DNA of 64,000 bases from Chloroflexota bacterium (lineage in GTDB: Bacteria > Chloroflexota > Dehalococcoidia > Lucifugimonadales > JADFKI01): positions 32,001 through 96,000 of the forward strand of contig JAQBUT010000003.1 in NCBI GenBank assembly GCA_027623195.1. Reading direction: 5' to 3'. The position numbers and the translations under genes are program-made. Each line of letters starts with the position of its first letter. The first letter of the stretch is position 1. Under the pieces are notes generated by a model, which was not told the origin of the DNA, searched no databases, and was given only the letters and a program-made list of their open reading frames with translations. Positions 9,897 through 20,430 of this stretch are shown piece by piece.

Positions 9897-11345
9897 ATCG
9901 TCTCTGACAAAGATTTTCCCTATCATAATAAGGCGCAGGACGCTACCGAGGATTATCCTCGAGAGGCCTGCGGCGTTGTAGGGGTTTATTCTAGAACTGA
10001 AGATGTCGCCAGGGTGGCGTTCTTCGGACTTTACGCCCTCCAGCATCGCGGCCAGGAGAGCGCTGGCATATCGGTCGGGGACGGCAACACCATAAGGCTC
10101 AGAACCTCGATGGGCCTGGTGGGCCAAGCCTTCCAGGAAGACGATCTCTCCACACTCACCGGTCACATTTCCATCGGCCACACAAGGTACTCTACCACCG
10201 GCAGCAGCAACCTAGATAACGCCCAGCCAATCATATCCAAAGGCCCAGGCGTAACATTGGCCTTGGCCCATAATGGCAACGTAATCAATGCTATGGATCT
10301 CAAGAAGGACTTGGCAGAGTGGGGCTGTACCTTCAAAGGCACCAACGACTCAGAAATTATCGCGCATCTTCTTAGCAACGCTCCGGCATCCAACTGGCAA
10401 GAGCGAATTGCATACTGTATGCGCCGCCTTGAGGGCGCATACGCCCTGACCGTCATGACGAAGAACGAGTTGCTGGGCATCAGGGACCCGCTAGGCGTAA
10501 GGCCTCTGTGCATCGGCAAGTTCCACGATGGATGGGTGCTGGCCTCTGAGTCGTGTGCGCTGGATCACATCGGGGCCCAGTTCATACGTGACGTTGAGCC
10601 CGGAGAGGCCGTACTGATAAATGATACCGGCCTGCACACTATCTACAAGCGGGATAGCGTAACTGACCGCTCCGCAGGCTGCATGTTCGAGTACATCTAC
10701 TTTGCGAGGCCGGATAGTATCCTCAGTGGCAAACTGGTCTACTCGACGCGAATGGCTATGGGTGCCGAGCTAGCTAAAGAGTACGCAATAGACGCGGATA
10801 TCGTCATAGGGGTGCCGGACTCCGCTATCGCGGCGGCGGTAGGGTATTCCCGGGAATCGGGTATTCCATTCGGAGAAGGCCTAGTAAAGAATCGGTACGT
10901 CGGCCGCACCTTCATCCAGCCTGACCAGCGTATGCGAGACCTGGGCGTTCGGCGAAAGCTGAATACCCTTCCGGAGTTGATTAAAGACAAGCGCATCATT
11001 GTCGTGGACGATAGTATTGTGCGCGGCACCACTACTCCTCACGTCGTTGACCTTCTGAAGAAGGGCGGCGCTAAAGAGGTTCACCTTCGCATCTGCGCTC
11101 CGCCGATCATTTCCCCTTGCCACTTCGGCGTAGACATGGCCACCCGCAGGGAGCTTATCGCTGCCAATATGTCTGTGGAAGAGATACGAGAGTTCGTAGG
11201 CGCCGACTCCTTGGGCTACCTGAGCCATGAGGGGCTTCTGCGAGCGGTCAAGACCTCCAAGGATCGCGTTTGTATGGCCTGCTTCACCGGGGAGTACCCG
11301 ATTCCCGTGCAGTTGGAAATGGACAAGCTGGCTCTGGAAGTCTAA
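9897..11345 (+). CDS. purF: amidophosphoribosyltransferase (start codon non-canonical or uncertain)
   Basis: In-frame REACGVVG upstream of the tracked GTG; LQHRGQESAG, GHTRYSTTG, HNGN, CMFEYIYFARPDS, VVDDSIVRGTT. Confidence 0.96.
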   Translation: MVSDKDFPYHNKAQDATEDYPREACGVVGVYSRTEDVARVAFFGLYALQHRGQESAGISVGDGNTIRLRTSMGLVGQAFQEDDLSTLTGHISIGHTRYSTTGSSNLDNAQPIISKGPGVTLALAHNGNVINAMDLKKDLAEWGCTFKGTNDSEIIAHLLSNAPASNWQERIAYCMRRLEGAYALTVMTKNELLGIRDPLGVRPLCIGKFHDGWVLASESCALDHIGAQFIRDVEPGEAVLINDTGLHTIYKRDSVTDRSAGCMFEYIYFARPDSILSGKLVYSTRMAMGAELAKEYAIDADIVIGVPDSAIAAAVGYSRESGIPFGEGLVKNRYVGRTFIQPDQRMRDLGVRRKLNTLPELIKDKRIIVVDDSIVRGTTTPHVVDLLKKGGAKEVHLRICAPPIISPCHFGVDMATRRELIAANMSVEEIREFVGADSLGYLSHEGLLRAVKTSKDRVCMACFTGEYPIPVQLEMDKLALEV

Positions 11346-11430
11346 GCCACAAGCAATCGGATCTGAATCCATCGGGTATAACCTCTTTTTGTCCCGTTCA
11401 TACGCTCTCCTAGCGCTACGGCGGACTTCT

Positions 11431-11442
11431 CTCGGAATGACA
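11431..11442. repeat. REP-like intergenic motif CTCGGAATGACA (second copy at 43508-43519)
   Basis: Identical 12-mer in two intergenic regions. Confidence 0.45.
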
Positions 11443-11561
11443 CGCATGGGTGGGCTAACGCCTTCTGCCTCCGCATGACATCTGGATTCCCAGAAATAAT
11501 CGTTCCATTGAAGCCATTTCTGTTGCATACTTAAGGTGCGAATCACGCGGCGGAGGGCGAA

Positions 11562-12182
11562 TTGCGACTGGGTGTTCTGGCGTCTCACGGCGGAACCAAC
11601 CTGCAGGCCATAATGGACGCCTGCAACCAGGGCCGCCTGGACGCAGATGTGGCGGTTGTAATAAGCAACAACTCCAACTCCACCGCCCTACTGCGAGCCA
11701 GGAAAGGCTCTATACCCGCGTACCACATCAGTAGCGCTAATCCGCAGCCGACTCTTGAAGACTTTGCCATTCAGGATGCTCTCCAGAAGCACCAGGTTGA
11801 GTTGGTGGTGCTGGCCGGCTACATGAAGATGCTGGGCCCGGAAACGCTGGTATCGTATCGCAATCGTGTGCTAAATAGCCATCCGGCGTTGCTGCCCAAA
11901 TTCGGCGGCAAGGGGATGTACGGAACTCACGTCCACGAGGCCGTAGTGAAGGCTGGCGAAAGGGTCACTGGCGTTACAATTCATCTGGTGGATGACCAGT
12001 ATGACCACGGCGCGGCTGTAGCTCAATGCATCGTTCCCGTGCTACCGGAGGACACCGTTGCTGATTTAGAGGAGCGGGTAAAGGAGCGGGAGCGCCTGTT
12101 TTGGATAGAGGTGCTTCAGAAGATTTCCTCATCCGAAATAGACCTGGATAACGTCGCAACATTAGCCGCTGAAGCGAAATAA
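11562..12182 (+). CDS. purN: phosphoribosylglycinamide formyltransferase
   Basis: VLASHGGTNLQAI...LAGYMK...NSHPALLPKFGG...GVTIHLVD..YDHG. Confidence 0.95.
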   Translation: MRLGVLASHGGTNLQAIMDACNQGRLDADVAVVISNNSNSTALLRARKGSIPAYHISSANPQPTLEDFAIQDALQKHQVELVVLAGYMKMLGPETLVSYRNRVLNSHPALLPKFGGKGMYGTHVHEAVVKAGERVTGVTIHLVDDQYDHGAAVAQCIVPVLPEDTVADLEERVKERERLFWIEVLQKISSSEIDLDNVATLAAEAK

Positions 12183-12234
12183 ATGTCGAGTATGAAAGCA
12201 CTCCCGACTCTGGCGAGGGCCGGTTAGGACAGGC

Positions 12235-13248
12235 ATGACAGAGCAGACTTACAGAGCAGCTGGAGTAAACCTGGACGCTGCGCAGGACGTCAAGGAGCGC
12301 ATCGGCGCTATCGTGAAGCCTACGCACGGGCCGCAAGTGTTGGGCGGCGTGGGTGGATTTGGCGCCATGTACCAGTTGGCCGGATATCGCGACCCTGTCT
12401 TGGTATCCAGCACCGACGGCGTTGGCACCAAATTGAAGCTGGCCATCATGTTGGGCAGGTACGACACCATCGGCGAGGACCTTGTGAACGCCTGCGTGAA
12501 CGATATTATCGTGTGCGGCGCAAAGCCCTTGTTCTTTCTGGACTACCTGGCAGTGGCGGAACTGGAACAGCCTGTCGTTGAAGCTCTAATTCAAGGCATG
12601 GCCCGCGCATGCTCAGAGGTCGATTGCGCCCTAATAGGCGGCGAGACGGCCCAGATGCCTGGCCTTTACAACCGGGGTGATTTCGATATGGCCGGGTTTG
12701 TAGTGGGTGCTGTGGAGCGAGACCAGATTCTGGACGGCTCAACTATCAAGGACGGCGATGTGCTGATAGGCCTGCCTTCCAACGGACTTCATACTAACGG
12801 CTACTCGCTGGTTCGGCTTGTGCTGGGCCTGGACGAGGACCAGTCGCCTCTCTCAGAGCAGGTGCCGGAGTTGGGCAAGACGCTGGGCGAGGCGCTGCTC
12901 ATGCCCCATCCCTCTTACTACGCCGCGTTGGCAGGCGTATTGCCCTCATTGAAAGGCATGGCTCATATCACGGGCGGCGGCCTTATCGAGAATGTGCCCA
13001 GGGTGCTGCCCGATGGCGTCTCGGCTCGATTCGATACGTCTACGTGGTCCGTGCCGCCGATCTTCACCTTGCTGCAGGAGCGCAGCAGCGTAACCCGCGA
13101 CGAGATGTACCGGGTTTTCAATATGGGCCTGGGCATGGTGCTCGCTTGCGACCCGGCTGTGGCCGATGACGTCGTTCGCCAGGTGCCAGACGCCATGGTG
13201 GTAGGCGAGGTCTTTGCCTCTACCGACGACGCCCGCGTGGTTCTTTAA
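12235..13248 (+). CDS. purM: phosphoribosylformylglycinamidine cyclo-ligase (AIR synthase)
   Basis: YRAAGV...STDGVGTK...PLFFLDY...GGETAQMPG...SNGLHTNGYSL...AHITGGG...FNMGLG. Confidence 0.97.
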   Translation: MTEQTYRAAGVNLDAAQDVKERIGAIVKPTHGPQVLGGVGGFGAMYQLAGYRDPVLVSSTDGVGTKLKLAIMLGRYDTIGEDLVNACVNDIIVCGAKPLFFLDYLAVAELEQPVVEALIQGMARACSEVDCALIGGETAQMPGLYNRGDFDMAGFVVGAVERDQILDGSTIKDGDVLIGLPSNGLHTNGYSLVRLVLGLDEDQSPLSEQVPELGKTLGEALLMPHPSYYAALAGVLPSLKGMAHITGGGLIENVPRVLPDGVSARFDTSTWSVPPIFTLLQERSSVTRDEMYRVFNMGLGMVLACDPAVADDVVRQVPDAMVVGEVFASTDDARVVL

Positions 13249-13273
13249 TTGCTAATTCTCCTGGGGATTTGAA

Positions 13274-14809
13274 ATGAAAGCCCTTCTCAGCGTCTACGAT
13301 AAGACAGGTCTGCCCAACTTTGCCGCCGTTCTTAGCCAGAGTGGCTTCGAGTTGGTCAGCACGGGCGGCACCGCTTCGGCAATATCTAGTGCAGGCCTAC
13401 CCGTGCAAGAGGTGGCAGACCTCACAGGCTTTCCCGAGATCCTGGATGGCCGGGTGAAGACCCTGCATCCTGCGATATACGGCGGCATTCTCGCCCGCCG
13501 CGACCTGGAAAGTCACACGCAGCAGCTACAGCAGCATGGCATTGCGCCCATCCACATCGTCGTAGGCAACCTCTATCCCTTCGTGGATACGGTCAGCCGC
13601 GACGGCGCCACGCTGGAGGATGCGCTGGAGAACATCGATATCGGCGGCCCCACCATGATTCGCGCCGCCGCCAAGAATTTTCCGGATGTCATCGTAGTCG
13701 TCGATCCTGCAGACTATGGTTGGATAGGCGAGAAGCTATCCAACGTGGGTCGTTCCCAAAACGCTCTTTCCCTGGCCGAGCGCAAGGCGCTAGCTTGTAA
13801 GGCATTCCAGCACGTTGCCCTCTACGATACCGCCGTTTCTCAGTACCTTGGCGACGGAGATGTTCTCTCACAGGAAGAAATCACCCTGGGATTTAACAGA
13901 GTCAACGAGTTACGCTATGGCGAGAACCCGCACCAGAGGGCGTCACTTTACACCGCGCCTCTTTCGACGGGCGGCATCGTCCGTGCAAAGCAGTTACACG
14001 GGATAGACATGTCCTTCACGAATATTCTGGATGCTGACGCTGCGTGGAAGGCCGTCTTGGACTTCGCTGAGCCCGCCGTGGCTGTAGTCAAGCACACCAA
14101 CCCTTGCGGACTGGCCGTGCACGAAGACCAACCCACGGCTTACCAGCGCGCTTTCGAGGGCGACGCCGTTTCGGCTTACGGGGGCATCATCGCCTTCAAC
14201 CGGGAACTCAACGTGGTCACCGCCGAAACCATGCGCGGCGTGCTTTACGATATAATCATCGCCCCGTCGTACCAGAATGGCGCTCTGGATATCCTTCGTA
14301 AGCGGCGCAGGACCCGCGTGTTGCAGATTGACCCGGCATCGGGCCCTCAGGAGGGGCTGGACGTCAGACTGGTGTCCGGCGGAGCGCTAGTGCAGCTGGT
14401 GGACGACCTAGAAGAAGCCCCCGATTCGTGGAAGGTGGTAACCAGCCGAAAGCCAACCGACGCTGAGATGGCCGACCTTGCATTCGCGTGGAGGGCCGCC
14501 AAGCACATCAAGTCCAACACCATCGTTCTTGCCAAGGACAGGACGCTGGTGGGCATGGGGGCGGGCCAGCCTAACCGGGTGGTAAGCGTTCACCTGGCAC
14601 TGCGTATCGCCGAGGATAAGGCAAAGGGCAGCGTGTTGGCTTCTGACGCATTCTTTCCATTCGCAGACAGCATCGAGATGGCCGTCCAGGGCGGCATCAC
14701 GGCAATTGCCCAACCCGGTGGTTCCATCCGTGACGACGAGGTCATCGCAGAGGCGGATAAGCAGGGTATTGCCATGGTGTTCACCGGCGTCCGGCACTTC
14801 AAGCACTAG
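13274..14809 (+). CDS. purH: bifunctional AICAR transformylase/IMP cyclohydrolase
   Basis: [10 protein letters not shown]...STGGT...GRVKTLHP...[17 protein letters not shown]...LRYGENPHQ...SDAFFPF...QPGGSIRD...RHFKH. Confidence 0.97.
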   Translation: MKALLSVYDKTGLPNFAAVLSQSGFELVSTGGTASAISSAGLPVQEVADLTGFPEILDGRVKTLHPAIYGGILARRDLESHTQQLQQHGIAPIHIVVGNLYPFVDTVSRDGATLEDALENIDIGGPTMIRAAAKNFPDVIVVVDPADYGWIGEKLSNVGRSQNALSLAERKALACKAFQHVALYDTAVSQYLGDGDVLSQEEITLGFNRVNELRYGENPHQRASLYTAPLSTGGIVRAKQLHGIDMSFTNILDADAAWKAVLDFAEPAVAVVKHTNPCGLAVHEDQPTAYQRAFEGDAVSAYGGIIAFNRELNVVTAETMRGVLYDIIIAPSYQNGALDILRKRRRTRVLQIDPASGPQEGLDVRLVSGGALVQLVDDLEEAPDSWKVVTSRKPTDAEMADLAFAWRAAKHIKSNTIVLAKDRTLVGMGAGQPNRVVSVHLALRIAEDKAKGSVLASDAFFPFADSIEMAVQGGITAIAQPGGSIRDDEVIAEADKQGIAMVFTGVRHFKH

Positions 14810-14817
14810 GAGCGCGG

Positions 14818-15609
14818 TTGGTGAGCCAGATGCCATCGGAAGCCACAGAATCCAGCCTGACCTCCTTGGATATAGTGCTGCCTGTGCTCAACGAAGAGCT
14901 TGATCTGCCGGTCAACGCGAAAGCCCTGCACGGCTTCATGGCGGAGCACTTTCAAAAATACCAGTGGCGCATTGTTGTGGCTGACAACGGCTCCACGGAC
15001 TCCACCCTGGACATCGCGAAACAGCTCTCGCAGGAATTCCCACGAATCGACTACATGAGCCTGGAACAGCGAGGCCGAGGCCGTGCACTTCGCCGCGCCT
15101 GGACTGAAAGCACAGCGGACGTTGTCGGTTACATGGATGTTGACCTGTCCACGGACCTGGAAGCGTTGCCTGCCCTGGTCGATGCCGTGCGAGATGGGGA
15201 GTGTGATATCGCTACCGGGTCCAGGCTAATACGGGGCGCCGAGGTGGAGCGCAGGCCTTTCAAGCGAGAGGTGGCCTCCAGAGGATATAGCCTGGTATTC
15301 AGGTCCATGTTCTTTACGCAATTTCGGGACGCACAGTGCGGCTTCAAGGTTCTGAACCGGCGCACCGTAAGAGATATTGTTCCGCTAGTCAGCGACAATC
15401 GCTGGTTCTTCGATACGGAGATGCTAATTCTGGCGGAAAAGAACGGCTACGTTGTCCTTGAATTCCCTGTAAAGTGGACGGATGACCCAGACACCCGCGT
15501 TAAGATCGTCGGCACAGCCTACGAGGATGTAAAAGGCCTTTTGCGCCTTCGGTTTCGTGGTCTTGCCAAGCCTACACGAGATTCCGGCGATGCAACCCCC
15601 CACGTCTAG
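14818..15609 (+). CDS. GT2 glycosyltransferase (polyprenol-phosphate glycosyltransferase-like)
   Basis: IVLPVLNEE, ADNGSTD, YMDVDLS, DAQCGFK, WFFDTE. Confidence 0.9.
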   Translation: MVSQMPSEATESSLTSLDIVLPVLNEELDLPVNAKALHGFMAEHFQKYQWRIVVADNGSTDSTLDIAKQLSQEFPRIDYMSLEQRGRGRALRRAWTESTADVVGYMDVDLSTDLEALPALVDAVRDGECDIATGSRLIRGAEVERRPFKREVASRGYSLVFRSMFFTQFRDAQCGFKVLNRRTVRDIVPLVSDNRWFFDTEMLILAEKNGYVVLEFPVKWTDDPDTRVKIVGTAYEDVKGLLRLRFRGLAKPTRDSGDATPHV

Positions 15610-15733
15610 CATAACCAGCTTTGACTGCTCGAGAACTGTATTGAAGTAATTCTACCGGGGGCGTTAACATATGCCTTTCAATGAATTACATTAGTTATAG
15701 GAACGTAGCTAGCTACCGCCGAGGTTTAACGGC

Positions 15734-16264
15734 ATGGCCAATGTCGTAGTTGTAATAGATATGGTCAAGGGCTTCCTTCAAGAGGGCAATAACCTGTACT
15801 GCGGTGATGACGCCAGGGGTATCATTCCCAATGTCCAGCGTCTAATCGAGCGGGAGCAGGCTGAAGGCGGCGTCGTCTTGTTCCTGTGCGACACGCACGA
15901 CCCAGACGACCTGGAGTTCGAAATGTTCCCCGTACATTGCGTTCGTGGCACCGAGGAGCCTGAGGTTATTCCTGAGCTTGCTGGTTACGAAGGCCGGATT
16001 ATCGCCAAGCGCCGGTACAGCGCGTTCTTCGAGACGGATCTGGAGAAAACGCTTCAGTCGCTCCGGCCCGAGAAGGTTATTATCTGTGGCGTTTGCACTG
16101 ACATATGCGTTATGCATACGGCGGCTGACGCGAGGAATCGCGATTACAGGGTTGAGATGCCTACGGACTGCGTGGCGTCCTTCGATCAGAATGCTCACAT
16201 AAATGCCCTGCAGCACATGGAAAAAATCCTGGGTGTGACTCTGACAGAGTCAACGCAGCCCTAG
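15734..16264 (+). CDS. pncA: isochorismatase-family cysteine hydrolase, probable nicotinamidase
   Basis: VIDM..GF, D.H, FPVHC, KRRYSAFF, GVCTDICV; adjacent to an NAPRTase-like gene. Confidence 0.8.
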   Translation: MANVVVVIDMVKGFLQEGNNLYCGDDARGIIPNVQRLIEREQAEGGVVLFLCDTHDPDDLEFEMFPVHCVRGTEEPEVIPELAGYEGRIIAKRRYSAFFETDLEKTLQSLRPEKVIICGVCTDICVMHTAADARNRDYRVEMPTDCVASFDQNAHINALQHMEKILGVTLTESTQP

Positions 16265-16331
16265 AAAAATGCAGACCTTCCCATGCGGAGAAGCGTGGGC
16301 ACCCCGTTTTTGGGGCGTAAAGTGAAAGTAA

Positions 16332-17330
16332 ATGGTTAGTCCAGAGTTTGATATCCGACCTTCGGTACTGGTAGGCGATACCGCCGACGTGTACCTGCAA
16401 CGCACGCTGACTATCCTTCGTAATGAGGGTATAAACCCCATCGTGACCATGGAGTTCTACCCGGAACGCCGGGGAATGTTCTGTGGCATCAAAGAAGTGC
16501 GGGCCCTGCTCGCCAAGGTCCTGCCTGAGACCGGCAGCGAAGTCTGGGCCTTGGAAGAGGGCGAGATAACCGAGGGCAAGGAGGTGGCCCTACGCATCAA
16601 GGCCCCCTACAGCGCCTTTGGCCTATACGAGACCACAATTTGCGGCATACTGGCGTCGTGCAGCGGCTGGGCAACCGCCGCCCGCGATTGTGTTGACGCT
16701 GCCCAGGGCATCCCGGTGGTTGGCATGGCAGCTCGCCATGTTCACCCCAACGTCGTTGCCATTATCGACTACTCGTCTGTTGTAGGGGGATGCGTCTCGG
16801 TGTCCACCGTGCTGGGCGCGCGACTTTCCGGCATTACACCAGCCGGTAACATGCCCCACGCTCTGCCGCTGCTGATGGGCGACACTGTGAAAGCCATCCA
16901 GTCCTTCGACCGGTACATGCCCCAGGACGTGCCTCGAGTTGCGCTGGTGGATACCTTCAAGGACGAGGCTGAGGAAGCGTTGAACGTGGCTCGGGCTTTT
17001 CGGGGGAAGCTGCGCGGCATTAGCATCAACACGCCCGAAGAGCGCGGTGGGGTTACGCCAGAACTGGTCAACGAGGTTCGAGGTAGACTGGACCAGGAGG
17101 GTTTCCGCCACGTCGGGATATTTGTAACGGGCAATTTTGGACCAGAAAAAATTCGCCATTTTGTGGAGATAGGCGCTCCGGTAAATGGCTTTGGAGTGGG
17201 TTCTACGATATCCAACTCACCCCCCAATAACTTCTCGGCGGACATACATGAGATCGGCGGCAAGCCGGTGGCCCGCAGAGGCCGTACGCCTGGCATCACC
17301 CCCAACCCACGTCTCGACCGCGTCATGTAG
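16332..17330 (+). CDS. nicotinate phosphoribosyltransferase-like protein (divergent active site)
   Basis: ADVY, YET...G.L, RHVHP, MPHAL, LVDTF, FGVG motifs of type II PRTases. Confidence 0.8.
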   Translation: MVSPEFDIRPSVLVGDTADVYLQRTLTILRNEGINPIVTMEFYPERRGMFCGIKEVRALLAKVLPETGSEVWALEEGEITEGKEVALRIKAPYSAFGLYETTICGILASCSGWATAARDCVDAAQGIPVVGMAARHVHPNVVAIIDYSSVVGGCVSVSTVLGARLSGITPAGNMPHALPLLMGDTVKAIQSFDRYMPQDVPRVALVDTFKDEAEEALNVARAFRGKLRGISINTPEERGGVTPELVNEVRGRLDQEGFRHVGIFVTGNFGPEKIRHFVEIGAPVNGFGVGSTISNSPPNNFSADIHEIGGKPVARRGRTPGITPNPRLDRVM

Positions 17331-17463
17331 TTTTCTGGGTGTTTTGGAAAGAAAGCTAGGGGCACGGGTTTTGGCGGAGGTTCACACTTCCGTGCTGGCT
17401 TGTGAAACAAAATGTTCTGAGGCGTGTAGTTCAACAGGCTAACCAAGAACATTACCTTAGTGT

Positions 17464-17489
17464 CCGTTGTTCCTGAGCTTGTCGAAAGA
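17464..17489. repeat. REP-like palindromic element (family A)
   Basis: CCGTTGTTCCTGAGCTTGTCGAAAGA matches copies at 20364-20430, 42113-42137, 44947-45009 and 62380-62405. Confidence 0.7.
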
Positions 17490-17532
17490 TCACGTAATCA
17501 GATTTGGCATTCTATTTTCAAGACTCTACTGT

Positions 17533-18963
17533 TCAGTCGCCAAGGGTGAACTTCACTAGCAATTTGCTGTCTTCCTCACGACCTACCTTGGCCCATTCGG
17601 CTATGCGCCAGCCTACCACCCACGCGATGCCTTTAGGCGTCATCAGTAGCGGAACGCCGTCCCGCTGTTCTCTGGGTATCTTGCAATCCACCATGAAGTC
17701 CTGAAGCTTCTTCTGGTGTGCCATTCCTAGCGGTTGAAAACGGTCCCCAGGCCTTCGCGACCGCACCCATACTCGATCCCCTAATGCCTCTGAAGATAGC
17801 AAGGCAGCGTTGTCGGACTGTGCCACAACCTCCTGCGCGCTAGAGAACCCTACGCCTACCTTCCAGCCGGGTACGAAAGTTTCTCCAGGTATAAGAATCT
17901 GGTGACAGCCTTCAAAGGTATGCACGGGGGGCAATGCAGGCCCGCCTTTACTAAGGGATGCCTCGTGGTACCCTACAGTGAACTTTACGCCCCCAGGCAG
18001 GTCCAGCGACTTGCCCACGGGCCCCGATGCCAGTGTAACCATGTCCTCTACGTGGTTCTGCTCTACATCTTCCAGGTCGCCCTTGACTCGAAATACCGCG
18101 TTGCGTAACAAATGCCGCTGTAGGGCGGGGTGCAGTTCCTGAAATACGCCCAGGTCAATGGTCATGCCGCCGCCCTTTGCCGTGCAAACCCTGTTCCAAA
18201 CTGCGGATATCTGTTGCTGCATGTAATCCATGTCCAGCGAGGCGTTTCTGGCCAAGCGTACTAGCCCCTGTTTGATCGCCGGGTTGTAAGACTCCAGCAC
18301 AGGTAGCAGGTCCGTCCGCACGCGGTTGCGTGTTAGGTTGGAATGGTTGTTCGTCTCGTCGCGCCGAGGTGACAGGTTTAACACTTCGCAGTAGGCTTCG
18401 GTCTCCTCCCTGGAAACGTTCAGGAGGGGGCGGAGAAGGACCGCATGTTCTTCACCTACGTTCCGCTTGCTCACCGTTCGCATGCCTTGAAGGCCGGTTA
18501 GCCCGGAACCCCTAATCAGGTGCATCAGTACGGATTCCGCCTGGTCGTTGGACGTGTGGCCCAGGGCGATGGCTGCGGCCTCTTGCTGCTTGGAAACGTT
18601 AGCCAGAAATGCGTACCGCACCTCGCGTGCCGCCTCTTCTAATGAAAGGCGGTTGGCTTTTTGAAATCCAGTCACGTCCCCGCTCTCAATGGTAGATTCG
18701 ATGCCCAGTTCCAAGAAGGTTCGGGCCACAAATTCTGCATCTTGTTGAGACGCTTCCCCTCGGAGTTGGTGGTCCAGGTGTGCGCCGTGCAGAGTCAGGC
18801 GTAGCTCTTGCCGCAGGCTGTGAAGCGCGTGAAGTAGTGCCATGGAGTCTGGGCCGCCCGATACGGCCACCACCAACTTCTGGCCCGGCATTTGCGCGTC
18901 CTCTAAATCTTGGCGGACACGTCGGTGGATGAGCCGGACCTCTGGGTTATCTTGCCGGTTCAT
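17533..18963 (-). CDS. tilS: tRNA(Ile)-lysidine synthetase
   Basis: VAVSGGPDSMAL, HLDHQLR, EEAAREVRY, GHTSNDQAES, RPLL, RNRVR; C-terminal R..RPGDRF...KKLQD. Confidence 0.95.
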   Translation of the reverse strand: MNRQDNPEVRLIHRRVRQDLEDAQMPGQKLVVAVSGGPDSMALLHALHSLRQELRLTLHGAHLDHQLRGEASQQDAEFVARTFLELGIESTIESGDVTGFQKANRLSLEEAAREVRYAFLANVSKQQEAAAIALGHTSNDQAESVLMHLIRGSGLTGLQGMRTVSKRNVGEEHAVLLRPLLNVSREETEAYCEVLNLSPRRDETNNHSNLTRNRVRTDLLPVLESYNPAIKQGLVRLARNASLDMDYMQQQISAVWNRVCTAKGGGMTIDLGVFQELHPALQRHLLRNAVFRVKGDLEDVEQNHVEDMVTLASGPVGKSLDLPGGVKFTVGYHEASLSKGGPALPPVHTFEGCHQILIPGETFVPGWKVGVGFSSAQEVVAQSDNAALLSSEALGDRVWVRSRRPGDRFQPLGMAHQKKLQDFMVDCKIPREQRDGVPLLMTPKGIAWVVGWRIAEWAKVGREEDSKLLVKFTLGD

Positions 18964-20278
18964 TGCTCTCGCTATTGGAATCGGACTTGTTGTCTTCGTT
19001 AGGCTCTTCGACCTCTTTCAAGGTTACACGTATCGTTTCGACCTTTAAGTCGCGCATTTCCGTGACGCGAATAATTAAGTTACGGTGCTCAAATTCTTCG
19101 CCTTCTTCTGGAATGTGCCCCAGCACATCCAGGATAAAGCCCGCCACCGTGTCGAACTCGCCCTGGGGCAACCCCAGAGAAAGCTCTTCATTGGCCTCGT
19201 CGATACTCATGCCGCCTTCCAGCTGGAATGTGTTGGCGTCGATCTCCCGGTACTCCTCCTCGGGCCCCTCGCCTTCCTCGCCTACGGCGCCTACGACCTC
19301 CTCAGTGAGCCGCTTTAAAGTCACGACACCTGCCAGTCCACCGTACTCGTCCACAATCATAGCCATCTGGGTTCCTGACTTTCGCATCTCGTCAAACATC
19401 TCTGCAACCCGCTTTGTCTCGGGAACAAAAAGGGCGTCGCGGATCACATCCGTCACCGAGTCGGTGTAAGCGATGCTCCGGCTTGCCATGGCTTTCAGCA
19501 CATCCTTAGCCGAGATTATGCCTATGATATCGTCAACAGAGTCCTTATAGACTGGGAATCGCGTGTGCGAGTTTAGGTTGTAGATATCGAGAAACTCCCG
19601 CAAAGTCGCGCCCCGTTCCAGGGCCACTATCTCAGGACGGGGTGTCATAACTTCATGCACCTGCCTGTCGCCAAAGCGGAACACATTCTCCAGCATCTCA
19701 GCTTCAGACGCTTCGAATGTCCCTTCTGCCTCGCCTATGTAGATAAGGGTTCTCAGCTCGCCCTCCGTAATGGACCGCATGTGGCGGCGGGCGTCCGAGC
19801 CTCCCACCACGTTTTGTACCCGGTGGGTCATCCACTGCAGGGCGATGACCAGTGGCCAGAGAGTCAATTCGATCGTCTTTAGGGGGCGGGCATACAGAAA
19901 CGAAATTCGTTTGGAGTTGTGTACGGCGATGGTCTTAGGGATGATTTCGCCGAAAATCAGCACCACGATGGTGCCCACTACGGTAGCGACCAGCACCGCC
20001 TCCCCCTGGTCCTCAAAGAAGGAGATGGCGAGAACGGTGATAACAGCCGTGAAGGCGATGTTCACCAGGTTATTTCCCAGGAGTATGGTGGACAGTAACC
20101 TCTCTGGGTTTGAGACCATGTCTGAAACGCGCTTTGCTCCGGGAACGCCGGTGTTCACCAGGTGCATTAGAGTTACCCGCTCCAGCGAAAGATATGCCGA
20201 CTCGGAGCTGGAGAAGAAGGCAGAGAAAGCCAGCAGCACTATGATAACGACGAGATTTATCAGCTGTCCTTCGGGCAT
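18947..20278 (-). CDS. hemolysin/CNNM family protein (DUF21-CBS-CorC)
   Basis: SAFFSSSESA...ILLGNNLVN...FGEIIPK...VMTPR...HTRFPVY...VDEYGG...TVAGF. Confidence 0.93.
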   Translation of the reverse strand: MPEGQLINLVVIIVLLAFSAFFSSSESAYLSLERVTLMHLVNTGVPGAKRVSDMVSNPERLLSTILLGNNLVNIAFTAVITVLAISFFEDQGEAVLVATVVGTIVVLIFGEIIPKTIAVHNSKRISFLYARPLKTIELTLWPLVIALQWMTHRVQNVVGGSDARRHMRSITEGELRTLIYIGEAEGTFEASEAEMLENVFRFGDRQVHEVMTPRPEIVALERGATLREFLDIYNLNSHTRFPVYKDSVDDIIGIISAKDVLKAMASRSIAYTDSVTDVIRDALFVPETKRVAEMFDEMRKSGTQMAMIVDEYGGLAGVVTLKRLTEEVVGAVGEEGEGPEEEYREIDANTFQLEGGMSIDEANEELSLGLPQGEFDTVAGFILDVLGHIPEEGEEFEHRNLIIRVTEMRDLKVETIRVTLKEVEEPNEDNKSDSNSESNEPAR

Positions 20279-20363
20279 TAATTTTCCTCCTGCGTCCGGC
20301 GTGTTCGCAGACGCACGTATTCCGTTGTTGGGATGGCTTTGGACGAAAAATCGTTAAGAGGCG

Positions 20364-20430
20364 CGTGGTTCGACGGGTTTACCACGAACGTAGGTATAAA
20401 AGTCCGTTCGTGGTGAGCTTGTCGAAGGAC
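20364..20430. repeat. inverted pair of REP-like elements (family A)
   Basis: CGTGGTTCGACGGGTTTACCACGAACG ... CCGTTCGTGGTGAGCTTGTCGAAGGAC. Confidence 0.75.

Noticed and set aside
17421..17460. GGCGTGTAGTTCAACAGG...AGAAC resembling a tRNA D-arm
   Set aside because: No cloverleaf can be completed; the downstream sequence is the REP-like repeat.
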